From positions 80,044,001 to 80,108,000 of the forward strand of contig CM052817.1 in the NCBI GenBank assembly GCA_028534125.1: a stretch of DNA of 64,000 bases, written 5' to 3'. The notes beneath the pieces are model-generated. The model did not search any database. It had not been told where the DNA came from and saw nothing but the letters and a program-made list of their open reading frames with translations. This stretch comes from Lama glama. Its lineage: Eukaryota. Below are positions 14,252 through 27,346 of the stretch, one piece after another (positions within the stretch are counted from its first letter, which is position 1; every line of letters starts with the position of its first letter). The position numbers and the translations under genes were made by a program.

Positions 14252-14319
14252 TTACTTGAGTTCTTATTTCTTTTCTTATGCCATGGCTTAAAGATTGTCT
14301 TAAAGTTTTAAAAATTGTT

Positions 14320-14460
14320 AAAGATTGGGAGGGATCTTAAAGATCATCTAATCCCATCTTGTTTTACAGATGAGAAAAGGAAGGCTCAGAGAGGTTAGGC
14401 GACTTGCTCAAAGATACAAGTTAGGGATCAAGGCAAGTGTGGAGCCCAGGCCTCCTGGCT
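14320..14460 (-). mobile_element. MIR SINE
   Basis: TTTTACAGATGAGAAAAGGAAGGCTCAGAGAGGTTAGGCGACTTGCTCAA matches the MIR core. Confidence 0.75.
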
Positions 14461-14969
14461 CATCAGAGATCCTCACAGATGTCGTCAGGAGAGTCGAACT
14501 CTTGCAGTGGGCCATCGGGCTTAGTTTCCTCAGAGACTAAATAGTGCGTAAAGTTAGGCTGTGTTCTCTATTTCAGTTCTTAGTCTGGATTTTCCTTGGT
14601 CTTAGTTCTCTAGTTCTTATTTAGATGTTGCAGGGCCATTGAGTGGTGTTTGTACTGTAGCCTGTCTGAAACAGCGTCATTTATTCTTTAATTTAGTAAA
14701 TAGTTGCTGATCACTTACTATGTGCCAGGCTCTGGTGCAGCAATAGAAGAGAAAGAAAACAATAGAGGAAAATCTCCACCCACATGGCATTTATAGTCTG
14801 GTGAAATAAAATGGATATGTATATATAAATAAATGATCTGTATTTGCATGTTGGAGAGCATAAAAATAAATGAGCTGCTTTTACTCTTCACAGTATAACT
14901 AGGGTTACTAAATTCAGTTACTTGAGGGATTCTTTTCTTGTGGTCATACTTGTAGCCCTAAGATCAGGG

Positions 14970-16235
14970 TTTTTAAAAAATAAATTTTGATTTTAGAATA
15001 GTTTTAGGTTTACAGAAAAGTTGTGAAGATTCTATGGAGAGTTTCTACATATTCTGCACCCAGTGTCTCCTATTATCAGCATGTTACTTTAATACAGTAC
15101 ACTTGTTGCAGCTAATGAAGCAATACTGATACATCATCATTAGCTAAAGTTCATACTTTATTCATATTTCCTTAGTTTTTACCTAGTGTCCTTTTTCTGT
15201 TCCAGGAATCCATTCAGGATCCCACATTCAGTCATTCTGTCTCCTAGACTTTACTTTTTTTTGATTACTTCGACAGTTTGAGGAGTGCTGGTCAGGTCCT
15301 TTTTAGTGTCCTTCAATTTGGATTTGCCTGATGTTCTTGTGATTAGACAGGGGTTGTGATTGTTTGGGAGGGAGGTCACAGAAGTAAAGTACTGTTTGCA
15401 TCACATCATGTAGGGGAACGTGCTTACTACCAACAGCAATAGCCTTGATTACCTGGCTGAGGTAGTGTTTGTCTCCCCAACTGCAAAGCTGCTCCTAGCC
15501 TCCCCTTTCCATACTGTATTCTTTGGAAGCAAGTCACTATACACAGTCCATATGTAAGAGATTGTGTGTGTGTGTTGGGGGGGGGGGAATTATGCTCCTC
15601 CTTGAGGAGGGAGTATCTCCATTAATTATTTGGAATTCTTTTGTGTGAGAAATTTGTCTAATCTCTATTTATTTATTGAGTCATGAATATCTGTATATAC
15701 TCATGGATGTTTTATACTTTGGATTATAATCTAACTGTGTAACTTTGTTGTTCGCATTGTTTCAGCTTTGGCTACTGGGAGCTTTTTCAGTTGGCTCCTG
15801 TACTCTTTAAAAACATACCCCAATCAGTGTGGGTTTTTTTGAGCACTTCTTTACTTCATGGACCATAAGATGCTCCAGGCTTATCTTGTATATTCCCTAC
15901 TCCAGCCTAGAATAAGTCATTTCTTTAGAAGCCTTAGTTCCTTCTGTTGGAAATGGTTTTAGAAACCAAGATCTGGGTGTGTTTGTTGCTACTGAGGTGT
16001 GTTTGTGTCCAGGCCCTGTTTTACCTGACAGAGCAAGGAATACAGGCATATACTAACCTGGCTATATCTATAAATATTTCTGTATTCAAATATCTGTATT
16101 AAGCTAAAAATGAGTACATACTATGTATTCAGTCCTAATCTACCAGTATCACACGAACCATTTTAGCCTTCCCCTCTGGCTTGTCTGTTTCTTCCCACTC
16201 CAGTAGTGAGAAACCTGGTTCCTACCATCTCCTAG
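14970..16235 (-). mobile_element. Old L1 3' region (L1MD/L1MC-like)
   Basis: TTTTAGAATAGTTTTAGGTTTACAGAAAAGTTG... and AGATGCTCCAGGCTTATCTTGTATATTCCCT motifs. Confidence 0.7.
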
Positions 16236-16769
16236 GATGTTTTTCAATAAGTATAAATATCTCACATTAATTTACTTTCATTTTGAAATTTCAAGGTAAA
16301 TTAAATATCTAGACAGTATACAAATCGAATTATTTAAAATGCTGATTATGCTTTTTCAGATTCTATTTAATTCTTCCCTATTCAGACACCCCTACAAGGG
16401 TAGGTTCAACTCCCAGCATCATCTTTAAAATCATTAGCATAATTGTTATCAGTGTCAACAAAAGGCTATTGGACCCGGAGCTGAGCTGGTTCATGTGGAC
16501 AGCCTTCAGGGAAGCCTTGAGGTAGGGCCCCCTGCTGGCACGTGACAGATTTATGTTACTCTCATACAGGTGACATCTACATTCATTTTTTAGATTCCAT
16601 ACCTTTTAGGATGGAGAATAATGGCTTATTGGAACTTAACACACTTTCTAGCATTCCAAATAAATTAGTACTTTTCAAGTTCCAATTCTGTAGTTTATTA
16701 GCATTAGTGAGAAGGAAAGAAGCTTAAGTGATAGGTCTGTTGCATAGTATGTGCTCGGTAAATACCTCC

Positions 16770-17690
16770 AGTAAGACATCTAATGTTCATCTCAAACTCA
16801 GCATGTCCAAACGTGAATTCCTAATCTTTCCTTATACCTGTTCCCTCTCATAGCCTTCCTTTCCCCATCTTAGCAAGTCTATCGTTTAGAACATAGATTT
16901 AAGTGCCTCTGTTTCTTTCACACCATGCATCGATCTATAAGGAAACTTTGTTGACTCTACCTTCAAATATATCCAGAAGCAGACAGCTTTTTACCATCTC
17001 TGCTGCTGCCACTGGGGTTGCAGTCTCCACTCTGCCTGGGTTACTGAGCAAGCCTCTAACGGGTGTCTCTACATCTGCTTTTGGCCCAGAGTAATCTTGG
17101 CAGCCAGAGTAATCCTTGGAAAAATGTTGGATCCTGCCACTCTCTGCTCAAACACCTATAATGGCTTTTCATTTTCTCAGGATGGGAGCCAAAATATGTA
17201 CAGTTGCTTACAAATCTGTCTCCTGACCTGTCTGACCTCATTTCCTACCCCTTTCCCTTCATACCTTCTGCTCATGCGCACTGGCCGTCTTGCTGCCCTT
17301 CGCACACTCTAGGCGTGATCCTGTTGTAGGGTTTTCACCCTGGCTTTCCCTGCTCTGCTTGGAATACTCTGCTCTGATCCTGGGACCTCCTTCAAGTTTG
17401 GGCTCAAATGTCGCTGTCCCAGTGGAGCCTGTTGTGGCTGTGCTATTTAACATTGCAGCCTAATCTGTACCCCCACCTTCCCAATCCCTCTTATCCTGCT
17501 CAACTTTACTTTTTCCCATAGGATTTATTATATTTTAACATATAATTTACTTAGTTATGCTTATTGTTTATTGTGTTTCTCCCCCAGTGAGAATCTGAGT
17601 GGCACAAAGGCAGGAATCCTTGTTCAGTTTTGTTCACTGATGTATCCCAGTGCCTAGAAGAAAAAATATGTTAAATGAATAAGTGCATTA
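16770..17690 (+). mobile_element. L2 LINE 3' fragment
   Basis: CATCTCAAACTCAGCATGTCCAAA...TTGTTCACTGATGTATCCCAGTGCCTAGAA...GTTAAATGAATAA, a typical L2 3' end. Confidence 0.75.
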
Positions 17691-19252
17691 CTTGAACTGT
17701 ATGCTTTCTGTATCCCAAAATTATCCTTAAATTAAAAAAAAAAAGAATTTAATTTGATGAAAAGGTGTCAGATACATGGGCAAAGGGTGTCCACAATCTG
17801 AAATAAGTTACTAAGAGCCTTGAGTTTTAGATTCCACATTTGTTAATGAGTATGTAATTATGTCACAGGATTGTTGTGGTATTTAAATACAATGATGTGC
17901 ACGAAAGCACTCAGTAACTTTGAATTATGGGATTTCCCAGCTCCTGGGCCTATACAGAATAGGGCCTGGAAGGCAAGGCACACTAAAAACCTTTAGAAGC
18001 TATGTATCCACTTCCTCTGTGACGTCATTCCTCTGAAGAGCCCCTTTTCTCTTAAGTTTGAAATGGCGAGCTGTTAAACATTGAGAATAAGAAAAAAGCT
18101 CTGTAAATATCTTTATAAAGATAAAATTACATTGCCTCAGTTTTTAACAGGAACACTGAGATCACATCTGGTGAAGATGACTTGTAAACTCAGAATGGAG
18201 GGAATTGGAAATTGTCCTTACAATGGGGCTATTAAATGCCTGCTTTTATTGAGGCTGAATTTTGGTTCTATTACTCATTAAAAAAATAATGCAATTTGTT
18301 TTCAGGTGCATAACAGCTGTTTAGTAACTTACATGTCTTAGCATTCAGCACAGATGCACAGTTCCCTTCTCTTCCCTCTGTATAAAGGTACAAGTAACCT
18401 CTGTTAAAAAAAAATTGTGGGTTCCATGATATATTATCCATTTAGTCCCTGGTACTGTTTCTTTTCTCTAAAATATTAGCAACTGGCTGAGAAGGCAAAT
18501 ATTATTAGCATAGTACATATCCCAGTTGGCCGAGCATCGTAGGGAGTGCCAGCTAGCAAGGGGAGGGGGGGCACTCTGAGGTCTGACTGAACACTCAGAA
18601 ATGAGCATATCAGTGTCTTGAGGATGACTGAACAATGTGGTTTGGGTCTGCTTCTGGGGAATTAGCCCCTGAAGCTCAATGCTGCCCTTTCATGTTATCT
18701 TTATGATGACATGACTTTTCCTTTTTACTCTTCTACTCCTGATCTGAAACTTGGAATAGGGAAAAAGGAAGATTTTTACTGATTGCACTGAAAAATGATA
18801 AGATAAAGTAACAGGTTGATTTCAGTTAACACAAGAAGCAAAGAAATTTCATCAAAGGTAGAGTGGAAGTATTGGCTATGGAATCTCCACATTGCTCTAG
18901 GAATAAGTGTTCCATTGTTACCACATCTGGATCTCTTTGAACAGCACAGGACAGTCCTGTGTATCGTATAGCTGGGTCTTTATGCTTCTTTGTGAGGCTG
19001 CCTGTGATTTATTTGTATCAGAAAGTCTTAAGTTGCTTTCTTAGTAAGTTGTAAAAAATTAGCAAATTAGGTAAGTTGGTGTTTCAGTTTTTAAAAGTGC
19101 AGTTAACAGTGGTCGAAATATTAAAGTCAAGTAAATAGCCAGTAAGATTCTTAACTCTAGAAGCAGATTACAGGAGCTAACACCACATCCTTACTTTAGA
19201 TGACTGAGATACGTGTTATTTACTTTTAGGTCTTTCTCAGTCCTTTACTTTT

Positions 19253-21377
19253 TTTTTTAAATGGAACCTTTTTTAAATTGAAGTATACTTGATTTATAAT
19301 TTTATTAGTTTCTGGTGTACAGCATAGTGACTCAGTTATTTATATATATATTCTTCATGATAGGTTTTTACAAGATATTGAATGTAGTTCCGTATGCTAT
19401 ACAGTAGGACCTTGTTTATTCTGTATATAGTGGTTTGTACCTGCTAATCCCAAACTCCTCATTTATTTCTCCCTCCTTCCCTTCCCTTTTGATAACTATA
19501 AATTTGTTCTCTGTGAGTCACTTTGTTTTGTAAATAAGTTCATTTCTCTCATTTTTGTTATTTGCCACATGTAAGTGATATCATGTAGTATTTGTCTTTC
19601 TGACTTCACTTTCTGTTACCTCTAGGTCCATCCACATTGCTGCAAATGGCATTATTTTATTTTTTTTATGGCTGAGTAGTATTCTGTTGTATAAATATAC
19701 CACAGCTTCTTTATCCATTCATTTGTTGATGGACATTTAGGTTGCTTCCATGTCTTGGCTATTGTAAATAGTGTTGCTATAGACACTGGAGTGCATGTAT
19801 TATCTTTTTGAATTAATTTCCTCTGGATATATGCCTAGGAGTGGGACTGCTGGATCATATGGTAACTCTAATTTTTTTAAGGAATCTCCATACTGTTTTC
19901 CATAGTGGCTGCACTAAATTATAGTCCCAACAGCAGTGTAGGAGGGTTCCCTTTTCTCTACATCCTCTCCAGCATTTCTTGTTTGTAGACTTAAATGATG
20001 GCTATTCTGACCTGTGTGAGATGATACTTTATTGTAGTTTTGATTTGCATTTCTCTGATAATTAGCAATATTAAGCATCTTTTAATGTGCCTATTGGCCA
20101 TCTATATGTCTTCTTTGGAGAAATGTCTGTTTAGATATTCTGCTCATTTTTTTTTATATTACTGAGTTGTGTAAGCTGTTCATATATTCTGGAAATCAAG
20201 CCCTTGTCAGTTGCATCATTTGCAAATATTTTCTCCTATATTCAAGGTTGTCTTTTTGTTTTTGTTGGTTTCCTTTTCTTTGTAAGTTTGATTAGGTCCC
20301 ATTTGTTTTTGTCTCTGACTGACCTAGAAAAACATTGCTGATTATGTCAGAGAATGTTTTGCCTGTTTTCTCCCAGACTTATGGTGTCCTGTCTTGTACT
20401 TAGTCTTTAAGCCATTTTGAGTTATTTTTGTATATAGTGTGAGGGAGTGCTCTAGCTTCATTGATTACATGAGGCTATCCAGCTTTCCCAGCACCACTAA
20501 TCAGAGACTCTTTTCTCCATTGTGTATTCTTCCCTCTTTTGTCAAAGACCAATTGATTGTAGGTGTGTGGGTTTATTCCTGGGCTCTCTTCTGTTCCATT
20601 GGCCCATGTCTTTTTTTGTGCCAATACCACAGTTTTTAATTACTGTAGCTCTGTAGTATTGATTTAATTCTGTGAGAATTATGCCTCCAGCTTCGTTCTT
20701 TTTCTTCAGTGTTGCTTTGGCAATTCTGGGTCTTTTGTGATGCCATATAAATTTTACGATTATTTGTTCTATTTCTGCGGAAAATGTCCTGGGTAGTTTG
20801 ATAGGGAGCACATAAAATCTGTAGATTGCTTTCGGTGGTATGCCCAATTTTAACAGTATTAATTCTTCTGATCCAAGAGCATGGGATACCTTTCCGTTTC
20901 TTTGAATCATCTTTAATTTCCTTTATTAGTGTTTTAGAGTTCTCAGTGTGTAAGTCTTTCACCTCCTTGGTCAGGTTTATTCCTGTTTTTTTTAATGCAA
21001 TTTTTAAAGTGGTTTAAAAATTTTTTTTTGTATTTCATTATTAGTGTAAAGAAATGCAACAGATTTCTGTACGTTCATCTTGTAACCTGCTACCTTGCTG
21101 AATTTGTAAGCTCTAGTCATTTTTGTGTGAAGTCTTTAGGGTTTTCTATATATACTATCATGTCTGCATATAGTGACATTCTACCTCTTCCCTTCCAATT
21201 TTGATCCCTTTTTTCTCTGATTGCTGTGGCTAGTGCTTCAAATACTATGTTGAATAGAAGGGGTGAGTGGGCATCCTTGTCTTGTTCTAGATTTCAGTGG
21301 GAAAGCTTTCTTTTCAACTTTTCCCTATGTTGGCTGTGGGTCTGTCATAGGTATCTTTTATTAAGTGTTACGTTTCC
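19253..21377 (-). mobile_element. 5'-truncated L1 (ORF2 C-terminal part plus 3' UTR) with a perfect 19-bp TSD
   Basis: ORF2-like translations on the - strand (20542-20962); TTCTCAGTCCTTTACTTTT at both 19234-19252 and 21378-21396. Confidence 0.92.
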
Positions 21378-22627
21378 TTCTCAGTCCTTTACTTTTAAAA
21401 CATTTTGGTTATTATGCCAACTCTTTTCATTGTTTTGCTTACTGGTGTTTTTCTCACACTTTGTGCCATTGTTTAGTTTATCTTAGAACCAAAATCTGGG
21501 AAAAAATGGACTTCCCCAAACCTGGTTTCTTAGACTTGAATATATAGGAATTAGTTGGAATCTGATATGCTCATTAATACAAAACCATAGATTCATGTTA
21601 TATCTATGTACATGTTATATTTACATGTGGAGAGATGTGTAAATATATATGGTATTCTATGAGTTGATCATTCTTATCTAATTGTAACAAAAAAAAATTT
21701 CCTCTTTTTCCTTAAAGCATAGTTGTTTGTTGACTACTCCCGTGCCAGAGGTTAAGTATCACGTGCCCCCTTGTGAAATTGACTTTTGAACATTTACCTG
21801 AAATAATGTGGCGGCCTATATTGGACTCCATTACTTGTAATAGTATTTCCAAGTCTAACTACTCGTAATGCTAGCTGTTTTTCCCCCTCTGTTACATAGT
21901 TGAAGTAAAATGGCAGGGTAGTTTCCCTTCCCACAAGAAAGACTGCCAGAAACCAATGGGGTCTACATTACTTATTCATTATCTATTAATTTTGAGAATG
22001 CTAACCATATTATAATGTTCCAGTACAATTTTTTGGCATTATATACATTAGCTATTTTCTCTACAATATTCTTTTTATGCCTTAGAACCAACATTACTCA
22101 GTCACTAGAAAACATTTGTTCAAATTTAAGGAATTGTTTCTGTGAGCAATGTACGAATAAAACCTTTCTTTATGGGAAGGCTACCCCTGGGTTGTAGTTC
22201 TAGGAGCGTTTCACTAGACTGAGGGGGGGGGGTGTATGGGCCGTAAATACCTAAGCAGAAGCTACTGCTTTGGGCTTCCCTCAGTGGAGCGTGCTGCTGG
22301 TTACTGGATGTATATACCGCTGTGGGGACACTAAAATCGACACACATGGGACGTTTCAAGTCTGAACTGCTGTGGTTCCTATACTACACCTGACCTGTGG
22401 GACGAAGAATGGTCCTTGGACTGCTGCTCTGGAGAGATGTGCTTGAAGTTGTCCTGCTGACATGCTGTGCTCCTGTCCTGCTCTTCCCGCAGAATTAGGT
22501 CGTGTCAGATTTTGGCCTGTCTCACTTTAGTTTGATTGTCTGCTAAACCCAAAGCACTGTGTATTGTCATCAAATATTTATTATGAAAAGAATAATGACA
22601 ACTACTGATTTTTCCTTTATTTTTCAG

Positions 22628-22813
22628 AAATGTGTCACAGACGAGTGTTTCTTTTTTGAACGATTGGAATCTAATAACTACAATACTTACCGGTCAAGGA
22701 AATACTCCAGTTGGTATGTGGCACTGAAACGAACTGGGCAGTACAAACTTGGACCCAAAACAGGACCTGGGCAGAAAGCTATACTTTTCCTTCCAATGTC
22801 TGCTAAGAGCTGA
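22628..22813 (+). CDS. FGF2: Fibroblast growth factor 2, last coding exon (exon 3)
   Basis: Acceptor TTTTCAG at 22621-22627, then KCVTDECFFFERLESNNYNTYRSRKYSSWYVALKRTGQYKLGPKTGPGQKAILFLPMSAKS*, the FGF2 C-terminus with the bovine-type S and P residues; phase 0. Confidence 0.99.
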   Translation, partial: KCVTDECFFFERLESNNYNTYRSRKYSSWYVALKRTGQYKLGPKTGPGQKAILFLPMSAKS

Positions 22814-23188
22814 TCTTAATGGCAGCATCTGATCATTTCACATGAAAGAGGAGGTATATTTTAGAAATTTGTTAATGAAAGAAGAAAAATGTGTACAGCT
22901 ACCTGCTCAGTTTGGATAACTGGCCAGATAACCTTTTATATAATAGTAAAATATTTAATCATTGCCTTAGTTAAAAAAAATTCCTGGAAAATATATAGAT
23001 TTCCATTTTTTATATAGCATTTGCCTTTATCCAGTGAAGCTTACTTAGAGCTACAATCTTTCTGATAACGTTTGCTTCATTTGAAAAGAGGCTTTTAAAA
23101 TGTGCACACACAAGTTTTCTTCATGGAAATCATAGACATTAGAAAATTTAAGTGAGATATTTAATCCAAATGTCCACTACTTATGAAT

Positions 23189-23586
23189 TTAACACATTCC
23201 TGTCACAGTTTTGTAATTGTCTGGCAGTTCCTTGTGATAGAGTTTATAGAACAAGCCTGTGTAAACTGCTGGAAGTTCTTCCATGGTCAGATCTATCTTG
23301 TCAAACCCTTCTCTGTACCCGTACAGCAGCAGCCTAGCCACTCTGCTGGTGATGGGAGTTGTGTTTTCAGTCTTGACCAGGTCACTGAGATCCATCCACT
23401 CACACCTTAAGCATTCTTGCTGGCAAAAATTTATGGTGAATGAATATGGCTGTAAGCGGCAGATGAAATACATGTCTGACTTCCCAAAAGCTCCGGGATT
23501 GGTGTGTTGTTGCCGAATACTTAGGAGGGACCTGAATTCTGATTTTATACCAGTCTCTTCAAAAACTTCTCGAACTGCTGTATCTC
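23189..23586 (-). CDS. NUDT6: Nudix hydrolase 6 (FGF-AS/GFG), last coding exon
   Basis: - strand acceptor T13-CTTTAG|GAGATACA; translation (G)[39 protein letters not shown]...[20 protein letters not shown] at 23189-23191. Confidence 0.98.
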
Positions 23587-26500
23587 CTAAAGAAAAAAAA
23601 AAAAAGATCACATTTTTAGAAATTTAATCATCCAAGATTTTCAGACAGATTATTCAAAAGCAAAACTTTACCCCAGGAAAGTAGTTTTTGATACAACTCT
23701 GTCTTCTGGACATCATGAGATACCAAAGCTTCAAAGCTAAGAAGCTTCTGAAGTCAGAGGAGATTCCTCTATAACCATTTGGTCATGCTCTTCTGCTTAT
23801 CCTGTCAGTGGAATCCCACCATGGTAACGTTTGGCATTTTGTGTTTTGAGATTCCAAAGAACTTGGATTCTTTCCTCCAATACTCAAAATGCCACAGTCC
23901 TTTATCTCATCAAAAGTTTTTAAAAGCCTGCAATTTATAGAATTTTATAATACAAGGGTCTTCACATTTTACAGGGTTGATTTTTTAAATACTATGCAAA
24001 TTTCTGGGGCAGTATTTTTACTGCCATTAACGTATTTTTGTAGTGCTTTTTTTAAATATCCAGATGAACCTCCTCCATGGGACTTCTCTAACTCTGTGAT
24101 GCTTTGTCAGTGTCTCCCAGAGTGTTTATGAGAAGCCCTTAAAAAAGCCTTCCTTGCCTATTTGTTGGGAAGTTTCACTATTGCCACATGCATAATTAAT
24201 TTTTGTTCAAATAACCTTTAATGCCTCCATTTTCTTATCTGTCAAATTGCAAATTATATTTGCCTTTTGAGTAGTCCTGCTGGTAAACAGGCAAGGAAGA
24301 TAAAGTGAGGGGAAAATGTCTCAATTCCTGTGTACTCTGAAATAGACTATCTTACCAATTCCCTGGATATGCTCTTGTTTATACCCATCAAGAAACAGCT
24401 CTGGAAATATACAGAGGAAGAGTAAAGAGTTTAAAAATGCAGACAGATGTCTTTTTTTAAACTATGTGCTGACTCTCCTTATAATTGAGATTTGCTATAG
24501 ATTAAACATGGTTAGAAATTACATTTTTAAACTATAAACATAATTCATATGTTAAGAAAAAATTTGCCTTAATAGGAAAAAATTATTTTCAGTGGTATAC
24601 ATGTTTGTTAAAGATTGTGGCGCTAATCTTAAGTTTGACATGTTATTTGTTGATCTGACTTAAAAATTGTTTGAATGTTTTATTCTTTAACAGCTTTGAA
24701 AATTTGACCATGGGTCTTGTTTAACTCTTAGTACCACTAATCAAGCGTTTGGCATTTAGTTCCTGAGTCTAGTCTGTGTGTTATGGAAGCACAGGATGGG
24801 GCTAGTGAGCAAATCTGTCCTGCTCAGCAGTGACCACAGCAGCTGATTCAAAATCAGCACTGCCTGGGTAGTTTGATCAGTTTAATTTGAATAATGGTAT
24901 CACTGACTAGATAACAAACAAGTGAATAGGCAAAGTAATGCTTTTGTATCTAGAGGGAACCCTTCCATCTCAAGATTGAAATCTCTTCTCTAAAGATTTT
25001 ACCATGAATTTAAACTTGTTATTACCTAGTTACAGTGCTCTATTCTCTTGTACCATTATTTTTTTAATGTACTGTAAGCTAAACTGAAATAACATTTACT
25101 ATTTCATAGGTTTGAAAAACGTAAGAAAAACCAAGAGTTTTGTTTTTATTTTTGCTGGTTGAAAGATGTTTAAATACATCATAGTGCGTTTAAATGGAGT
25201 TTATATTTGTTATTTCTATTTTGTAATATTTAATAGGATTAGGTTGAAATAAAATATAATAGGAAAAACTGTGCAGAATGTGGGTTTTCCTGGTGTTTCC
25301 CTCTGAATCTGGTACACTGATCATCTTTGATCAGACCTCACTGCTTTATAGCCCTTTCGCTATGCAGGATTCTCTTCCTGTCAGGAAGGCAGCTACTCCA
25401 TTTTTAACTTTGTAACTTTGTACTCTTAGGGTATATTATATTAAAGCCTGAGGATTGCATTCTATTGGTATATGCCCTCTTAATTAATGTTTTTTTAAAC
25501 ACTATGGACAATAGTGCTTCATTTATGTGTTATCAAAGAATGAAGGATTCCAAATGTGCTTCTCAGTTAACCAGTGTTTGTTTACTACTTAAGAGCCAAT
25601 AGGAATGTTTGCACATTTGTGATGGCAGTATTCCTGAAGTATATTACACACTTTCCTAAAAACAGGTTTTAAGGAAAATAAGTAATTCTTATTCTTAATG
25701 ATGAAGCCAAATCATCCATTACTGTAGTATGTTACAAAACAGAAATGCCTTCATCTAGACAGTCTTTCAGACAGACATCTGCTGTCAGTTATCACTTCTA
25801 GCTACTTTCAGGGTTTTATCAGTTCTAAGGCAAGGCTTCAATTTTTACTACTTCTAGGCAGTATGGTGAATGCCAGTTGCTGCTTTTTTCTTAATTCTAC
25901 ATGGTTGAGGCGTTTGTATGCGCTCCCTGAATAGATCTGTTGTTGTGACAACCACAAATACTTTTTAAAAAAGTAGTGAATTCTTAATTATATGGACTTG
26001 AAGAGTTCTGGAATACACTCACCTATAATTATACATATTTGGCTTGGAAATGTGTTTCTTCATTTATATTTAAATATATCTGAAATTCAGAAGATCCATA
26101 AAACTTAAATGAAAAAAGTAAATCCATTTGAGAAGACTCAGAAGACAAAGCTATACGGAGCTCTGTAGGCTGCTGTCTGCCCAATATGGACTGAGTAAGG
26201 AAGGAAAACGTAACTAGTTCACACGATCTCGTATCACATCAGGACAGTGTAAAATAATTAATGTTCTAGAATAAATGGCCTTCTCTCTCAGCACTGCATC
26301 ACTACACAATCCTCTTTTATCTCAAAAGAAGACCTAGCAGAATCTAAACAAAAGGCAAGTACCTAAAAACCACAATTTGCTAGATGTATCTGAATGTAGG
26401 AGATTTACCTGTAGGTTGTTAGGAATTGGCTCTGTATGGTGTACAGGGCATTTTAATCTGTGGAACATTAAAAAAAGTTTCAAGTATGTATTTACTTAAA

Positions 26501-27291
26501 ATACTTAAAAATAATTTAGGAAATTGCCTTCAAATAAATGATGGCTATTTCTCTGACTTTTCCCTCAGTATATATATCAAATAAGTTTATCTAATGATTT
26601 ATTATGATGGGACTGCATTTGACCCAATGGTTTAAGGAATAGGTAGGAAAGAAGTTTCTGTTCTTTCCCCTATTTCCTGTAAAATCAGTGACAATTATTA
26701 ATTTCATATTTCTGTCTTAAATATTGAGCTCAGGAAGTTGTTTTAGGAAGTTACCTCTCGTTTGAGACTTTCTTATGAGACATTTTACTGTTTTACTATG
26801 TTTACTATGCTTCCTGACTATCCAAAATAGTAGATAAAAGTTTCATAAAGGGAAGATTTATGTCACCACTGCTCTATCACTGATTTTATAAATACTTATT
26901 TCACAGTTCATTTAAATGTTACTATTCATCTTCATGTGATAAAGTGGCCAAAAATTTTGTTTTCTCAGTTTGATTCCAACAAAATTAGTCATACTCAAAA
27001 TAACCCTTAATGCTACACCAGACTGAAGTATATCCGGAGCTTCTCATTTTGAAACAAATTAATCTAGAAGCAGTTCTAAGCAGAAAAATAGGTGTTATTA
27101 TTTATACTAATGGAATAAGATCATTACAAGTTTTGCTGCTAATTTTGTATCAGCCTTGAAATAACTTCACCGAAGTTTTCTTAATCCAAAACAATTAGAA
27201 AAGTTAAAATACTTTTTTTTTTAGCTCCAAGAAAGAATATATGAATTTCCTCAACATTTTCAAGCCAATTAAAGATAGGTAAGATACATAC

Positions 27292-27346
27292 CGATATCTT
27301 CTCCAGGCTCTGACAGGCCTCCTGGAAATTTCCACATATTTTTCAA
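27292..27346 (-). CDS. NUDT6: NUDT6 penultimate coding exon (55 nt)
   Basis: CTGCAG|TTGAAAAATATGTGG...GATATCG|GTATGT on the - strand gives [18 protein letters not shown](G); joins the last exon in phase 1 to form the Nudix box [23 protein letters not shown]. Confidence 0.97.

Noticed and set aside
13621..14311. 190-212 aa ORFs
   Set aside because: Artefacts of translating the N gap.
22559..22627. N-terminal extension of the FGF2 ORF in the track (likewise 23587-23611 for NUDT6)
   Set aside because: Intronic sequence upstream of the splice acceptor.
22954..23165. NUDT6 poly(A) signal candidates (ATTAAA on - at 22954-22959 and 23160-23165)
   Set aside because: Cannot choose between them without 3'-end data.
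23283..23627. 114-aa + strand ORF in the FGF2 3' UTR
   Set aside because: Antisense shadow of the NUDT6 coding exon; no recognisable protein.
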